From positions 1,777,226 to 1,841,225 of the forward strand of contig OY970335.1 in NCBI GenBank assembly GCA_963717425.1: a stretch of 64,000 nucleotides of DNA, given 5' to 3'. Source of the DNA: Vulcanimicrobiota bacterium (GTDB lineage Bacteria > Vulcanimicrobiota > Vulcanimicrobiia > Vulcanimicrobiales > Vulcanimicrobiaceae). The notes below the pieces were generated by a model. The model was not told the origin of the DNA. It saw only the letters and a list, made by a program, of their open reading frames with translations, and made no database searches. Positions 20,401 to 31,349 of this stretch are shown here, piece after piece (positions within the stretch are counted from its first letter, which is position 1; each line of letters opens with the position of its first letter). The translations under genes were made by a program, and so were the position numbers.

Positions 20401-23034
20401 ATGAACGTAGAAAAAATGACGGAACGCGTCGCTGAGGGGCTCAATGCCGCGTATTCACGCGCCCTTCACGAGCACAACACGCAGACGGCGCCGGAGCACA
20501 TGCTGGCGGCGCTCCTCGAGCAAGAGCGCGGCATCGCGCCGGATGTTCTGGCGGCGGCCGGGGCCGACCCGAAAACGATCGCGCGGAAAGTCGATGATGC
20601 GATAGGGAGGCTTCCGCGCCTGAGCGGCGCAGGCGCCGAGAGCGCTCAGGTGACCCTGTCGCCGGAGCTGGCGCGCATCATGAGCGTCGCGGAAAACGAA
20701 GCCAAGGCGCTTCAGGACGATTACACTTCGGTCGAACACGTGCTGCTTGCGATGGCGCAGGCCTCGGGCGAGGTGGGGAAACTGCTGCGCGACGCCGGTT
20801 TGAACAAGGACAAGCTGCTGCAGGCACTGCGCGAGGTGCGCGGCAACCAACGCGTGACCACCAAGGATCCCGAAGGCACGTACAAATCGCTCGAGCGTTA
20901 CGGCCGCGACCTCACCCTCGAAGCGGAGAAGGGAAAGCTCGACCCGGTCATCGGACGCGACGAAGAAATTCGTCGCATCGTTCAAGTGCTCTCGCGCCGG
21001 ACCAAAAACAATCCGGTGCTGATTGGCGATCCCGGCGTCGGTAAGACCGCGATCGTGGAAGGCCTGGCGCAGCGCATCGTGCGCGGCGACGTACCCGAAG
21101 GGCTGAAGAGCAAGCGCATCGTTTCGCTCGACATGGGGGCGCTGATCGCGGGTGCGAAGTATCGTGGTGAGTTCGAAGAACGCCTCAAGGCCGTGCTCAA
21201 GGACGTCTCCGCATCGGAAGGTCAGATCATCCTGTTCGTGGACGAGCTGCACACCGTCGTAGGCGCCGGCAAGGCCGAGGGTGCGATGGACGCCGGCAAT
21301 CTGCTCAAACCGATGCTCGCGCGCGGCGAGCTGCACATGATCGGGGCGACGACGCTCGACGAATACCGCAAGTACATCGAGAAGGATGCCGCACTAGAAC
21401 GCCGTTTTCAGCCCGTGATGATCGAGCAGCCCAGCGTCGAAGACACGATCTCGATCCTACGCGGCCTGAAAGAGAAATACGAGGCGCACCACGGCGTGCG
21501 AATCAAAGATGCCGCCCTCGTCGCAGCCGCGACGATGAGCAACCGGTATATCACGGATCGCTTCTTGCCGGACAAGGCGATCGATTTGGTCGACGAGTCC
21601 GCGGCAAAGCTTCGCACGGAAATCGATTCGATGCCGCAGGAGCTCGATGAGGTCTCGCGCCGGGTTCTCCAGCTCGAGATCGAGCGCGAGGCGTTGCGCA
21701 AAGAAGACGATAACGCGAGCCGCCGGCGTTTGGAGCAGCTCGAGAAAGAGCTAGCCGAACTGCGCGAGGATCAGGCCCGGCTGCGCGTGCGCTGGGAAGC
21801 GGAGAAGAACGCCGCGATAAAGTTGCGTCAGCTTCGCGAACAGATCGAGCAGACGAAGGTGCAGATCGAGCAGGCCGAGCGCCAGTACGATCTCAACAAG
21901 GTCGCCGAGCTTCGCTACGGCACGCTCGCGCAGCTGCAGAAAGACCTGGCCACCGAAGAAGAGCGCCTCGCGAAGAAAGACGGCGCGCGGCTTTCCAAGG
22001 AAGAGGTCGACGAGGACGACATCGCCGGCATCATCGCGCGCTGGACGGGGATTCCGGTGACGAAACTTCTCGAGGGTGAGAAACAAAAGCTGCTGCACCT
22101 GGAAGACGAGCTGCACCAGCGCGTTATCGGGCAAGACGAAGCGGTGGACGCCGTGGCGGAGGCCGTTCTGCGCTCCCGTTCGGGGCTTGCGGATCCGAAT
22201 CGCCCGATCGGTTCGTTCATATTCCTCGGCCCCACCGGCGTGGGCAAGACCGAATTGGCGCGCGCGCTCGCGGAGTATTTGTTCGACGACGAACGCGCGC
22301 TGATTCGCATCGACATGTCGGAGTACCAGGAGCGTCACACCGTTGCGCGATTGCTCGGGGCGCCCCCGGGATACATCGGCTTCGAAGAAGGCGGACAGCT
22401 GACCGAAGCGGTGCGGCGCCGGCCGTACTCCGTCGTGCTGTTCGACGAGGTCGAGAAGGCGCACCCCGACGTCTTCAACGTGTTTTTGCAAATTCTCGAC
22501 GACGGACGGCTGACCGACGGTCAGGGGCACACCGTCGACTTCAAGAACACGATCGTCATCATGACGTCGAACGTCGGGAGCCATCGCATCCTCGATTACA
22601 AGGGTTCGTTCGAGGGGGCGGACTACGCGATCATGCGCGCGACGGTGCTCGACGAGCTGCGCCAGCACTTCCGCCCGGAGTTTCTCAATCGCGTAGACGA
22701 GATTATCGTGTTCCACGGGCTCACCGAGGACGAGCTGCTCGAGATCGTCGACATCCAGCTACAGCGGTTGCGCCGGCGCCTGGCCGAGCGCCGCATCACT
22801 CTCGTGCTGTCCGAAGACGCAAAGCGGCACATCGTCAAGGTAGGATACGATCCGAACTACGGCGCGCGTCCGCTCAAACGCACGATTCAGAAGGAAGTGG
22901 AAACGCCGCTGGGGCGCAAGATCCTCGCGGGAGAGATCAACGAAGGCGACACCGTGGACGTGGGATTCGACGACGCTCGCGGCGAGCTAACGATTACGGT
23001 AGAAGACCGCGTCCCCGCCGCCGCGTCATCCTGA
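20401..23034 (+). CDS. clpB: ATP-dependent chaperone/disaggregase ClpB.
   Basis: 877 aa with a Clp N-domain, two AAA+ modules ([15 protein letters not shown]; [15 protein letters not shown]), a long middle coiled coil, and [10 protein letters not shown] at the C-terminus. Confidence 0.97.
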   Translation: MNVEKMTERVAEGLNAAYSRALHEHNTQTAPEHMLAALLEQERGIAPDVLAAAGADPKTIARKVDDAIGRLPRLSGAGAESAQVTLSPELARIMSVAENEAKALQDDYTSVEHVLLAMAQASGEVGKLLRDAGLNKDKLLQALREVRGNQRVTTKDPEGTYKSLERYGRDLTLEAEKGKLDPVIGRDEEIRRIVQVLSRRTKNNPVLIGDPGVGKTAIVEGLAQRIVRGDVPEGLKSKRIVSLDMGALIAGAKYRGEFEERLKAVLKDVSASEGQIILFVDELHTVVGAGKAEGAMDAGNLLKPMLARGELHMIGATTLDEYRKYIEKDAALERRFQPVMIEQPSVEDTISILRGLKEKYEAHHGVRIKDAALVAAATMSNRYITDRFLPDKAIDLVDESAAKLRTEIDSMPQELDEVSRRVLQLEIEREALRKEDDNASRRRLEQLEKELAELREDQARLRVRWEAEKNAAIKLRQLREQIEQTKVQIEQAERQYDLNKVAELRYGTLAQLQKDLATEEERLAKKDGARLSKEEVDEDDIAGIIARWTGIPVTKLLEGEKQKLLHLEDELHQRVIGQDEAVDAVAEAVLRSRSGLADPNRPIGSFIFLGPTGVGKTELARALAEYLFDDERALIRIDMSEYQERHTVARLLGAPPGYIGFEEGGQLTEAVRRRPYSVVLFDEVEKAHPDVFNVFLQILDDGRLTDGQGHTVDFKNTIVIMTSNVGSHRILDYKGSFEGADYAIMRATVLDELRQHFRPEFLNRVDEIIVFHGLTEDELLEIVDIQLQRLRRRLAERRITLVLSEDAKRHIVKVGYDPNYGARPLKRTIQKEVETPLGRKILAGEINEGDTVDVGFDDARGELTITVEDRVPAAASS

Positions 23035-23071
23035 CCATGTTGACGAGCCGGTCTAAAGCGTAGGGACCGTC

Positions 23072-25150
23072 ATGCTCTTAGCCGCTTTTACATTTGCCCA
23101 GATTCTGGGCTACCCGTTTCCTGCGGGGCTCGCTCGAGACGCCCACGGCACGGCAATCGCTTATGCGTTGGACACCCGCGGGGTGCGCAGCATCTGGTTT
23201 GCGCGAGCGCCGGATTTTGCGCCAAGGGAGCTGTTTTCTTCAGGAGCCGATGACGGTCAAGAGTTGAGCGATCTGGTCATCGCGGGGGATGACGCGCACG
23301 TCGTCTACGTTCGCGGCGGCGATCACGATGCGAATTGGCCGTTGCCGCTGCAACCGGGCCCGGCTTCGATGCCGGCACAACCGGAAATGCAGGTGTGGTC
23401 GATTGCGACGAACGGCCCTTCGGCTTCGCTCGGGGTAAACTTGCCGAAGCTGCTCGGCGCCGGTGACGCGCCGGCGATCTCGCCCGACGGCACACGCGTC
23501 GCCTTTACGAGCGGCGGCGCCGTGATGATCGCACCGATCGACGGCGGCCCTGCAGCACGCCGCCTGTTCTTCGATCGCGGTCAAGACTCGGATCTGCGTT
23601 GGTCGCCTGACGGCTCGACGCTCGCCTTCGTCTCGACGCGCACGGATCACAGTTTTATCGGAACCTATCGCAACGACGCGACACCCATCGAGTATCTCGC
23701 GCCGACGACGTCGCAAGACGTTATGCCGCGCTGGTCGCCGGACGGCCAAAGCATCGCCTTCATCCGATTGCCGGGCGATGGCGGTCCGCCGCAAAATCCG
23801 TTGAACTGGATTCCGACGCCGTGGCAGATTTGGGTCGCTGATGCGCGCTCTGGGAGCGGAAGGCTCATGTGGTCCAGCTCGAACACCCCGAGAGGTTCGT
23901 TGCCGCAGACCGGGCTCGGCCCGTTCTTGGAGTGGGTCGCCGACCATCGCCTCATCTTCAACAGCGAGCAAGACAACTGGCCGCATCTCTATGCGGTCTC
24001 CGCGAACGGTGGAGCGGCGCGGTTGCTCACGCCCGGCAATTTCATGGTCGAAGACGTGTCGGTCTCACCGGATCTGCAGTCCGTCGTTTACTCCGCGAAC
24101 ACGGGTTCGACCGCGGGTGACGACGATCGGCGCCACGTCTTTCGCGTTGACGTGACCAACGGGGCTATCACGCAGTTAACCAGCGGCGCGAGCAGCGAAT
24201 GGCAGCCGGTCGCGCTCGCGGGAGGCGCGGCGGCTTTCGATGCGGCGACCGCGCAGCGGCCGCCGCTCGTAACGCTCCAGACAGGCGGCGCACAAAAAGC
24301 GCTGGACGCGGATCTGTTGGCCGCCGACTTCCCCACGTCACAACTCGTGACGCCGCGCGAGGTGTCGTTCCGCGCTGCGGATGGCGGACGCGTCTACGGT
24401 CAGCTCTTCGTACCGCGCAGCGGGGGTAAACACCCTGGAATAATCTTCGTGCACGGTGGTCCACCGCGGCAGATGCTGCTCACGTGGCATTACATGGACT
24501 ACTACTCAAACGCGTACGCGGTCAACCAGTATCTGGCCAATCACGGGTTCGTCGTGCTCTCTGTCAACTATCGGCTCGGCATCGGCTACGGCCACGACTT
24601 TAACTTCCCGCCGCGCTGGGGCCCGACCGGGGCGTCGGAGTATCAGGATGTCGTCGCCGGCGCTCGCTTTCTGCAGCGCGACCCGAACGTAGACGCGCGC
24701 AAGATCGGGATCTGGGGCGGCTCCTATGGCGGATATCTCACCGCGCTCGCGCTGGCGCGCAACTCCGACATCTTCAAGGCGGGCGTGGACTTCCACGGCG
24801 TGCACGACTGGTCGCTGGACATCGATAACCCGGTGTGGGGCTTCACGCAGCTCAAGCGTTACGAGCAATACGACATGCGCGCGATGATGAAGCTGGCGTG
24901 GCAATCTTCGCCCGACTCGTCGATCGCCACGTGGAAGTCGCCCGTGCTGCTGATTCAGGGCGACGACGACCGCAACGTCGAGTTCCATCAAATGGTGGAT
25001 TTGGTCGCGCGGCTTCGGCTCGCTCGCGTACCGTTCGAAGAGATCGTGATTCCCGACGAGATTCACGGCTTTCTTCGCTACGCATCCTGGCTGGAAGCCG
25101 ATACGGCAACCGCCGGCTATTTCAGCCGGCAATTTTCAGGCGGCTTGTAG
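23072..25150 (+). CDS. S9 family serine peptidase (prolyl oligopeptidase/dipeptidyl peptidase type) with an N-terminal TolB-like beta-propeller.
   Basis: Repeated SPDG motifs in the N-terminal half. Catalytic GGSYGG (Ser), GDDDRNV (Asp) and EIHGF (His). Confidence 0.9.
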   Translation: MLLAAFTFAQILGYPFPAGLARDAHGTAIAYALDTRGVRSIWFARAPDFAPRELFSSGADDGQELSDLVIAGDDAHVVYVRGGDHDANWPLPLQPGPASMPAQPEMQVWSIATNGPSASLGVNLPKLLGAGDAPAISPDGTRVAFTSGGAVMIAPIDGGPAARRLFFDRGQDSDLRWSPDGSTLAFVSTRTDHSFIGTYRNDATPIEYLAPTTSQDVMPRWSPDGQSIAFIRLPGDGGPPQNPLNWIPTPWQIWVADARSGSGRLMWSSSNTPRGSLPQTGLGPFLEWVADHRLIFNSEQDNWPHLYAVSANGGAARLLTPGNFMVEDVSVSPDLQSVVYSANTGSTAGDDDRRHVFRVDVTNGAITQLTSGASSEWQPVALAGGAAAFDAATAQRPPLVTLQTGGAQKALDADLLAADFPTSQLVTPREVSFRAADGGRVYGQLFVPRSGGKHPGIIFVHGGPPRQMLLTWHYMDYYSNAYAVNQYLANHGFVVLSVNYRLGIGYGHDFNFPPRWGPTGASEYQDVVAGARFLQRDPNVDARKIGIWGGSYGGYLTALALARNSDIFKAGVDFHGVHDWSLDIDNPVWGFTQLKRYEQYDMRAMMKLAWQSSPDSSIATWKSPVLLIQGDDDRNVEFHQMVDLVARLRLARVPFEEIVIPDEIHGFLRYASWLEADTATAGYFSRQFSGGL

Positions 25151-25155
25151 CCGCG

Positions 25156-26982
25156 TCAAGCTTTCGCGGCCTCGCGTTTGCGCAATCGCAGGCGGCCGCC
25201 CTCGTTGAGGATCCGCTTGCGCAGACGGATCGATTTGGGCGTCACCTCGACGAGCTCGTCGTCCTCGATGAACTCCAGCGCGCGCTCTAACGAAAGCTCT
25301 TCCGGGGGCGGCAGCTTTACGTTCTCGTCCGAACCGGCGGCGCGCATGTTGGTGAGTTTCTTTTCGCGCACGACGTTGAGCGCGACGTCGTACTCGTCGT
25401 TAGCGCGTCCGACGATCATCCCTTCGTAGGCGTCCACTCCGGGACCGATGAAGAATCGTCCGCGCTGTTCGAGCCCCATCATCGCGTACCCGGTCGTCCG
25501 CCCGGTATCGCTGGCGACCAGCGCGCCAACGTTGCGCCCGGGCAGCTCGCCCTGCCACGGCTGATGATCGTAGTACGTGTGCGAGAGCACCGCGGTGCCG
25601 CGGGTCGCGGTCAAGAGTTCGCCGCGCAGGCCGAAGATTGCACGCGTGGGCATCGTATATTCCAGCCGCTGTGCATCGCCGATGTTCAGCATGTTGGACA
25701 TCACGGCCTTGCGTCGTCCGAGCGCCTCGATCGCCGCACCGGCGTAAATCTCGGGAACGTCCACCACCGCGTATTCGACCGGCTCGTAGCGCTTGCCGTC
25801 GCGTTCGGTGATAATTACCTGCGGTTTGGAAACGGCGAGTTCGAAGCCTTCGCGCCGCATCGTTTCGATCAGAATGGCGAGATGCAGTTCGCCTCGTCCT
25901 CGCACCTCGAACGTGTCTGCCGACGCCGTATCCGCTACGCGCAGGGCCACGTTCGACTCGAGCTCGCGTATCAAACGTTCGCGAATCTGACGCGAAGTGA
26001 GAAACTTCCCTTCCTTGCCGGCAAACGGCGAGTTGTTGACGCTGAAGAACATCGAGACCGTCGGTTCGTCCACGGCGACTGCGGTGATCGGGTCCGGCGC
26101 ATTGGCGTCGGCAATCGTGTCGCCGATGTTGAGGTCTTCGATGCCGGAAACGCAGACGATGTCGCCGGCCGAGCCTTCCTCGATGTCGATGCGCTCGAGG
26201 CCGGCAAACGCCAGCAGCGTTGCGAGGCGCAGCCCGGTCGTGACGTCGCCCTCGCGCGAAATTTTCACGATCGGCTCGTTGCGGCGGGAGCTTCCGCGGA
26301 AGATTCGGCCGATGCCGATTCTTCCTACGTAGCGATTGTGATCGATCGCGGAGATCAGCAACTGGAAGGGGCCGTCTTCGGACGGCGCCTCGGGCACGTG
26401 CGACACGATCGTTTCAAACAGCGGTTCGAGCGAGTCGCTTGCTTCGTCGAGCGAGCGCTTCGCTATGCCAGCCTTCGCGTTGGTGAAAATCACGGGAAAG
26501 TCGGCCTGTTCGTCGTTTGCGCCAAGTTCGACGAAGAGGTCGAACGTCTCGTTGACGACCTCTTGCGGGCGCGCATCTTTGCGGTCGATCTTGTTGATGA
26601 CGACGATGGCGCGCAAATCGAGCTCGAGCGCCTTTCGGAGGACGAAGCGGGTCTGCGGCATTACCCCTTCGGCCGCATCCACCAGCAAGAGCACGCCCTG
26701 GACCATTTGCAGCACGCGCTCGACCTCGCCACCGAAATCCGAATGCCCCGGCGTGTCGACGATGTTGAATTTGACCGGGCCGTGCCGTACGGCGGTGTTC
26801 TTCGAGAGAATCGTGATGCCGCGTTCCCGCTCGAGGGGATTTGAGTCCATCACGCGCGTCGCAACGTGCTGCCCTTCCCGGAACACGCCGCTTTGCCTGA
26901 GCATCGCGTCCACGAGCGTCGTTTTGCCATGATCGACGTGCGCGACGATTGCGACGTTCCGGATGTCGGGACGAGTCTTCAC
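25156..26982 (-). CDS. typA: Translational GTPase TypA/BipA.
   Basis: [38 protein letters not shown], and BipA-specific C-terminal similarity. Confidence 0.97.
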   Translation of the reverse strand: MKTRPDIRNVAIVAHVDHGKTTLVDAMLRQSGVFREGQHVATRVMDSNPLERERGITILSKNTAVRHGPVKFNIVDTPGHSDFGGEVERVLQMVQGVLLLVDAAEGVMPQTRFVLRKALELDLRAIVVINKIDRKDARPQEVVNETFDLFVELGANDEQADFPVIFTNAKAGIAKRSLDEASDSLEPLFETIVSHVPEAPSEDGPFQLLISAIDHNRYVGRIGIGRIFRGSSRRNEPIVKISREGDVTTGLRLATLLAFAGLERIDIEEGSAGDIVCVSGIEDLNIGDTIADANAPDPITAVAVDEPTVSMFFSVNNSPFAGKEGKFLTSRQIRERLIRELESNVALRVADTASADTFEVRGRGELHLAILIETMRREGFELAVSKPQVIITERDGKRYEPVEYAVVDVPEIYAGAAIEALGRRKAVMSNMLNIGDAQRLEYTMPTRAIFGLRGELLTATRGTAVLSHTYYDHQPWQGELPGRNVGALVASDTGRTTGYAMMGLEQRGRFFIGPGVDAYEGMIVGRANDEYDVALNVVREKKLTNMRAAGSDENVKLPPPEELSLERALEFIEDDELVEVTPKSIRLRKRILNEGGRLRLRKREAAKA

Positions 26983-27061
26983 GGATCCTTCATTCGCTAC
27001 GCTAATCCAACGTTCATGGAAAATTCAGCGGCCGCGCAGCCACGCGGGTCAAAATGAGGGC

Positions 27062-27490
27062 ATGAATCTCTTCGACCTGGGCCGCGCCGTGCTGGCGGCA
27101 GCCGTCCTTGCTGCTGCGTGCTTCGCAGCTCCCGCCCTGGCCGTAACCAATGGCGGAGGAACCACTTTCTCACCATACGTCGCCGCCTTCACGCCGGAGT
27201 TCGGTCCCTCGGGCGTTCCCTACGTCGGGAGGATGCAGCTCGTCGTGCGCGATGGAACGATCGACGGCACGTATACCGGGATATCCGCACGGCCGGACTT
27301 TCTGACGAATCGCATTTCGCAGGTAACCGGAACGGTGAATAGCGGTGACGGCTACGTGCAGCTCAATGTGGGCAACGCGCTGGCGTTTAGGGGAACGATG
27401 GATGCCGACGGCACGATCTCGGGAACTGCCACATATCGTGGCCGTCTTTACGAATTCGTCGCTAAACCAGGTTCGCCCGCGCGGCGCTAA
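27062..27490 (+). CDS. Secreted hypothetical protein.
   Basis: ATG 27062 gives the signal peptide MNLFDLGRAVLAAAVLAAACFAAPALA. It does not overlap a recognised gene. No family recognised. Confidence 0.55.
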   Translation: MNLFDLGRAVLAAAVLAAACFAAPALAVTNGGGTTFSPYVAAFTPEFGPSGVPYVGRMQLVVRDGTIDGTYTGISARPDFLTNRISQVTGTVNSGDGYVQLNVGNALAFRGTMDADGTISGTATYRGRLYEFVAKPGSPARR

Positions 27491-27563
27491 CGCGCTCTAG
27501 GATTTCTGCGTTCTCGCGGCCAATGCTCGCGGTTCCCCCTACGCTATGAGATGAGGCCAACAG

Positions 27564-27983
27564 ATGAATCTGGTACCCTATGTGTTCTTTACCGGAAACT
27601 GCGAAGAAGCCTTAAACTTTTATAAGAGTATATTCGGCGGCGAAGTCGCCGGACTGACGCGATGGAAGGACATGCCGAAAGATGCCGGCGGCCCGGAAGT
27701 CACGCCCGAAAACGAACAGAAGGTCATGCACGCGCGCTTCGAATCCGGTGCGGTCGTGTTGATGGCGGCCGACGCCTCCCCGGGCAAGACCTACGGAGAG
27801 GGGCCGATATCGCTATCGCTCGGCACGAGCGATCCGGCGGAGGCGCAACGCGTATTCGATGCGCTCGCCGCGGGCGGAAACGTCGAGATGCCGTTTGCAG
27901 ACATGTTCTGGGGCGCGAAGTTCGGCATGCTTACCGACAAGTATGGCATCGATTGGATGATCAACTGTCAGCCTGAAGGCTGA
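27564..27983 (+). CDS. VOC/glyoxalase-fold protein (PhnB-like).
   Basis: 139 aa. The pattern PYVFFTGNCEEALNFYKSIFGG...MHARF...FWGAKFGMLTDKYGIDWMIN is typical of the PhnB/3-demethylubiquinone-methyltransferase-like VOC family. Confidence 0.8.
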   Translation: MNLVPYVFFTGNCEEALNFYKSIFGGEVAGLTRWKDMPKDAGGPEVTPENEQKVMHARFESGAVVLMAADASPGKTYGEGPISLSLGTSDPAEAQRVFDALAAGGNVEMPFADMFWGAKFGMLTDKYGIDWMINCQPEG

Positions 27984-28022
27984 TGCCTACCCGATCTTAA
28001 AATCCAACGCGCCGCAACTTAA

Positions 28023-28116
28023 GGGAGTGTACGGGTCTGGTGGCCCGCACGGTCTTCAAAATCGCTGAGGTCGTCGCAAGGCGACTGGTAGGTTCGATTC
28101 CTACACGCTCCCGCCA
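28023..28116 (+). tRNA. selC: tRNA-Sec (anticodon TCA) with encoded CCA.
   Basis: Folded by hand. 8-bp acceptor stem (GGGAGTGT/ACGCTCCC with one G-U). 6-bp D stem (CGGGTC/GGCCCG) with the 4-nt loop TGGT. Anticodon loop CTTCAAA. Long variable arm (GTCGTC-GCAA-GGCGAC). 5-bp T stem (GTAGG/CCTAC) with a TTCGATT loop. This is the bacterial 8/5 tRNA-Sec architecture. The anticodon stem pairs imperfectly in my fold. Confidence 0.85.
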
Positions 28117-28192
28117 AGCTTTATTTTCCAATGGTTTTTGCTCGAGCGAGAGAGCAATTTAGCGACGGTAAACCGGGTCTGGCTCCCCTAAC

Positions 28193-28214
28193 GTGTCTCC
28201 TAAGTGTCTCCTAG
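28193..28214 (+). repeat. Tandem 11-bp direct repeat GTGTCTCCTAA/GTGTCTCCTAG between selC and the integrase gene.
   Basis: Read directly from the sequence. The position inside the presumed attL arm suggests arm-type recombinase binding sites. Confidence 0.6.
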
Positions 28215-28226
28215 ACCCAATGCTCG

Positions 28227-29447
28227 CTACGCCTTCGCGGCGTCCGAGACCACCGAGTCGATCGCATCGGCGGCAGCAGTCTGGCCGTCGACGAACAGGT
28301 GACCGTAAGTGTCGGCCGTGATCGCGATGCCGCTATGCCCCAAGCGATCGCTCACGCGCTTTATGTCGACGCCCTGCGCTATCAAAATGGAGGCGGACGA
28401 GTGGCGCAGGTCGTGCAGTCGGAAAGGACCGATGCCCGCTTGTTTGACGACAGTCCCGAAGCGCCATCCGAACGTCGCAGGCGGCCAGACGGCACCGTCT
28501 TCGTGCCCGAACATCAAATCGAGGTTTTCGTAGCCGAGGCCAAGCTGTCGTCGGCGGAAGATTTGCGCATGCTGCGTCTTCCGGTGCTCTTGCAGAACGG
28601 AAAGGGTGAAAGCACCAAGCTTGATCGTGCGGGGGCGGTTGTTCTTTGGGGATTTGAAAGCTAGCTGGCCGCGCGTCTGCTCGACCGAGCGCGCGACGGT
28701 GAGGGTAGCGGTCTTCTCATCGAAGTCTCGCCACATGAGGCCAAGCAACTCGCCCCGTCTGGTGCCGGTCGTGAGAGCGACGATGATGGGCGCGAACATC
28801 AGGGTTCCTTTTGCTGCGGTGAGGAGTTTCGATGCCTCTTCGACGTTCAAGGCGCGCGTTTGAGGACGTGCCATGCGTGGGGCCTTCACGTAGTCGGCAA
28901 CGTTGCGCGAGAGAAGCCCCCACTCCATGGCGCGCTGCAGGCCGTTGTGCAGCACGCGCAAGACGTGCAATACAGTTCTCGCGGCGAGGGGCGTGCCTTT
29001 CCGCCCATCCTTCCGGGCGCTGCCGGCGCGCAGCCACTCCCGCTTGGCGGCATCGATGTGGGCTGCCGTCAGCTTTCGGAGACGAACAGCGCCGAGGGCC
29101 GGAACAAGTTGATGCTCGACGATTCCCTGGTAACGAATGTACGTGCGCAGAGCGAGATCCGCTTGAACCGAGGGTAGCCAACGTTCGAGCAGGTAGTCAC
29201 GCAGCGTTTCGTTTGAAAGACTCAGGAAGCCATCGGCGGCACGTATCCGAAGACGTGCGAGTTCTTGCTGAGCCTCGTCCTTGGTTCCCCTATACCGAAT
29301 TTTTTTCCGTGCGCGCTTCCCCTCGGCACCGGTGGTGCTGAGCTGCAGCACCCAAAGCCCGCGGCCGTCTGCGTCGAGTGGTCCGCAAGCATAGATGCTT
29401 CCTTCGCCGCGGGGTCGGCGGCGCGCCCGATTCTTAGGTCTACTCAT
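28227..29447 (-). CDS. int: Tyrosine-type site-specific integrase (phage integrase family).
   Basis: 406 aa. The C-terminal catalytic region has RLHDLRHSSASILIAQGVDIKRVSDRLGHSGIAITADTYGHL (R...HxxR...Y). It has an N-terminal SAM-like/arm-binding region and lies adjacent to a tRNA. Confidence 0.95.
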   Translation of the reverse strand: MSRPKNRARRRPRGEGSIYACGPLDADGRGLWVLQLSTTGAEGKRARKKIRYRGTKDEAQQELARLRIRAADGFLSLSNETLRDYLLERWLPSVQADLALRTYIRYQGIVEHQLVPALGAVRLRKLTAAHIDAAKREWLRAGSARKDGRKGTPLAARTVLHVLRVLHNGLQRAMEWGLLSRNVADYVKAPRMARPQTRALNVEEASKLLTAAKGTLMFAPIIVALTTGTRRGELLGLMWRDFDEKTATLTVARSVEQTRGQLAFKSPKNNRPRTIKLGAFTLSVLQEHRKTQHAQIFRRRQLGLGYENLDLMFGHEDGAVWPPATFGWRFGTVVKQAGIGPFRLHDLRHSSASILIAQGVDIKRVSDRLGHSGIAITADTYGHLFVDGQTAAADAIDSVVSDAAKA

Positions 29448-30352
29448 GGTGCTCCTTTCGATCGTAGAATCGAATATCGAATGATGTCCCTGAAAATGGG
29501 ATACACGAAATCAAATTGGTAATGGCGCCCGTCGACTTCGTTAGCCCAGCTGTCCATCAGAAGCCCGGCGACCTCCCAGCGAAGGAGCACTGGAACACCC
29601 CTCGCACCAGCCGCTTCGGCGTTTTGGACCGCTAAGGATAATGTCGCGCCGTAATTTTTTAAGGCGTCGGTCTCGTAATGCAGCAAGTCTGAGTGCCGCG
29701 CATTCCAAGCCTCTTCAATCTCGGCCGAGGCAAGTCGTCGCCGCATAGCTGTGACCAGATCGCGCGCCCCGTCGATGGCTTCGATGTAGCCGACGCCATT
29801 CTCGAAAATGTACGTCGGCGGCGTCTTAATGGGTAAGCGAGGTCCGAGGAAGACTTCGCCGTTTTTTAGCCGCCGGTGCTCAAAGAAACTGGACCATCCT
29901 TGGGCGTCTGCGACGTCTGCTTCCGCGAGTAGTGGCAAGCTAGGGATAATCTCGGCCGCAAAACGAGCGCCCTTAGTGGTTGTGCCAAGGGCTCGTATCG
30001 TTCGCAAGAAGTCACCGTAGTGACCGGCCGCTAGGACAGCAAAGAGACCGGACGCGTAGGGATGCGCCGTTTTTGTGGCGAGCGCCGCCCCAACCAGATA
30101 CGCGCTATCTGCGGTAGCTGGCGTCTTTCCTCGCAACCATTTTTTCACGAGAGAGCGAGGGCTGTTACTGTCCTCGACGTCTTCGCCTTGAGCAATGGCG
30201 CGAGCGTCGTTGTATCTCGCCGCAAGCCCGTCCGGGCCAACCCTTGCACTTTCGAGCGCGACGCCAAGCCACGGACCCCAGCGCCCAAGAACGAACTCCT
30301 TGATCTCGGCTTTCAGCTTCGACAGGGCAAGAGCTCCTTTGGATTTATTCAA
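29444..30352 (-). CDS. Hypothetical protein, translationally coupled to the integrase.
   Basis: 302-aa ORF whose TGA overlaps the integrase ATG (ATGA at 29444-29447). No family recognised. Confidence 0.6.
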   Translation of the reverse strand: MNKSKGALALSKLKAEIKEFVLGRWGPWLGVALESARVGPDGLAARYNDARAIAQGEDVEDSNSPRSLVKKWLRGKTPATADSAYLVGAALATKTAHPYASGLFAVLAAGHYGDFLRTIRALGTTTKGARFAAEIIPSLPLLAEADVADAQGWSSFFEHRRLKNGEVFLGPRLPIKTPPTYIFENGVGYIEAIDGARDLVTAMRRRLASAEIEEAWNARHSDLLHYETDALKNYGATLSLAVQNAEAAGARGVPVLLRWEVAGLLMDSWANEVDGRHYQFDFVYPIFRDIIRYSILRSKGAP

Positions 30353-30437
30353 TCTAGCATAGTACCCTAGTACCGTCTACTCCCATTTGGTATCATACGG
30401 GCTGATCCTGGACTTTATTTTAAGAAAGGCTGCGAAT

Positions 30438-30686
30438 ATGGCAAACTCGAGCCAGGGTGCACAGGCAGCTGAGCGCACGAACTCGCGCGTCACCAACCTC
30501 GCTTCTGATAAGCTGGCCTACACCATCGCGGAGGCTGCGGCTGCGTTGTCCATGGGAGAGACGAACCTGAGGCGCCTCGTCAAGGAGGGAGATATTGCGG
30601 CCGTTCATGTTGGGGTCCGGAAAAAGAAAATCCTCATACCCGCGGCCGCGCTTGAAGCGTGGCTTCATCGCGAGTCCGCTGCCTAG
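30438..30686 (+). CDS. Excisionase/AlpA-like helix-turn-helix DNA-binding protein.
   Basis: ATG 30438 is preceded by AAGAAAGG. YTIAEAAAALSMGETNLRRLVKEGDIAAVHVG...ILIPAAALEAWL matches the MerR-superfamily excisionase HTH pattern. Confidence 0.75.
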   Translation: MANSSQGAQAAERTNSRVTNLASDKLAYTIAEAAAALSMGETNLRRLVKEGDIAAVHVGVRKKKILIPAAALEAWLHRESAA

Positions 30687-30740
30687 TTAGCCTTAAGCGA
30701 AAGCGGCGCCCGACAGCGCCGCTTATTTGGGGGATTTACC

Positions 30741-31184
30741 TTGTCTCAATATACTGCGGCAGCGCAAGCGCGGCCTTCAATTGTTCACATCGACAACGCC
30801 CGGCAAAGGAAGCGGCGTCTTCGTTCCCTTCCGAGACCGCGCTCGGTCGCAGCACATCTGAGCCGCGAAAACCGATACACCCTCTTCGATCTCGGCTGGT
30901 TGCACAACTTGACTAAGCTAAACGAGCTTCGGGTTTATCTCGTGCTGGCGGCGCACGCGGATCATAACCGCGGGACCTGTTTCCCGAGCGAAGAGACAAT
31001 AGGCAGGGAGGCTAGAATCAAGGACCGCCGCGCCGTCAGGCGAGCTCTTCAAGGGCTCGAGGAAAAGGGAGCAATCCGGCGCGAGTTTCGCAAGATGGCG
31101 ACGACACTCTATGAAGTCCACCCGCCGCAATGCGTTGAGGCTGTTCGCCGGTTGTACCAAAAGCGGACCGGAACTACCCCCTAG
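30741..31184 (+). CDS. Winged-helix DNA-binding protein (HTH_36-like, as in phage/plasmid replication-initiator N-domains).
   Basis: LRVYLVLAAHADHNRGTCFPSEETIGREARIKDRRAVRRALQGLEEKGAI is the typical pattern of this wHTH family. An iteron-like array follows. Confidence 0.6.
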   Translation: MSQYTAAAQARPSIVHIDNARQRKRRLRSLPRPRSVAAHLSRENRYTLFDLGWLHNLTKLNELRVYLVLAAHADHNRGTCFPSEETIGREARIKDRRAVRRALQGLEEKGAIRREFRKMATTLYEVHPPQCVEAVRRLYQKRTGTTP

Positions 31185-31349
31185 GTCCGGGTAGAAAGTA
31201 CCCTCCAGAAGCGACCACGTTAAGCGACGCAACGAATTAAGGCTATGAAGGAGGGAATGCATTATGGAATTACCGATCTTACTTCAAAGAATTCTCCGCC
31301 GGCGCGATGCTCGTCGCGTTGACTCACGCGGACTTTGAGGCCGGACGCG

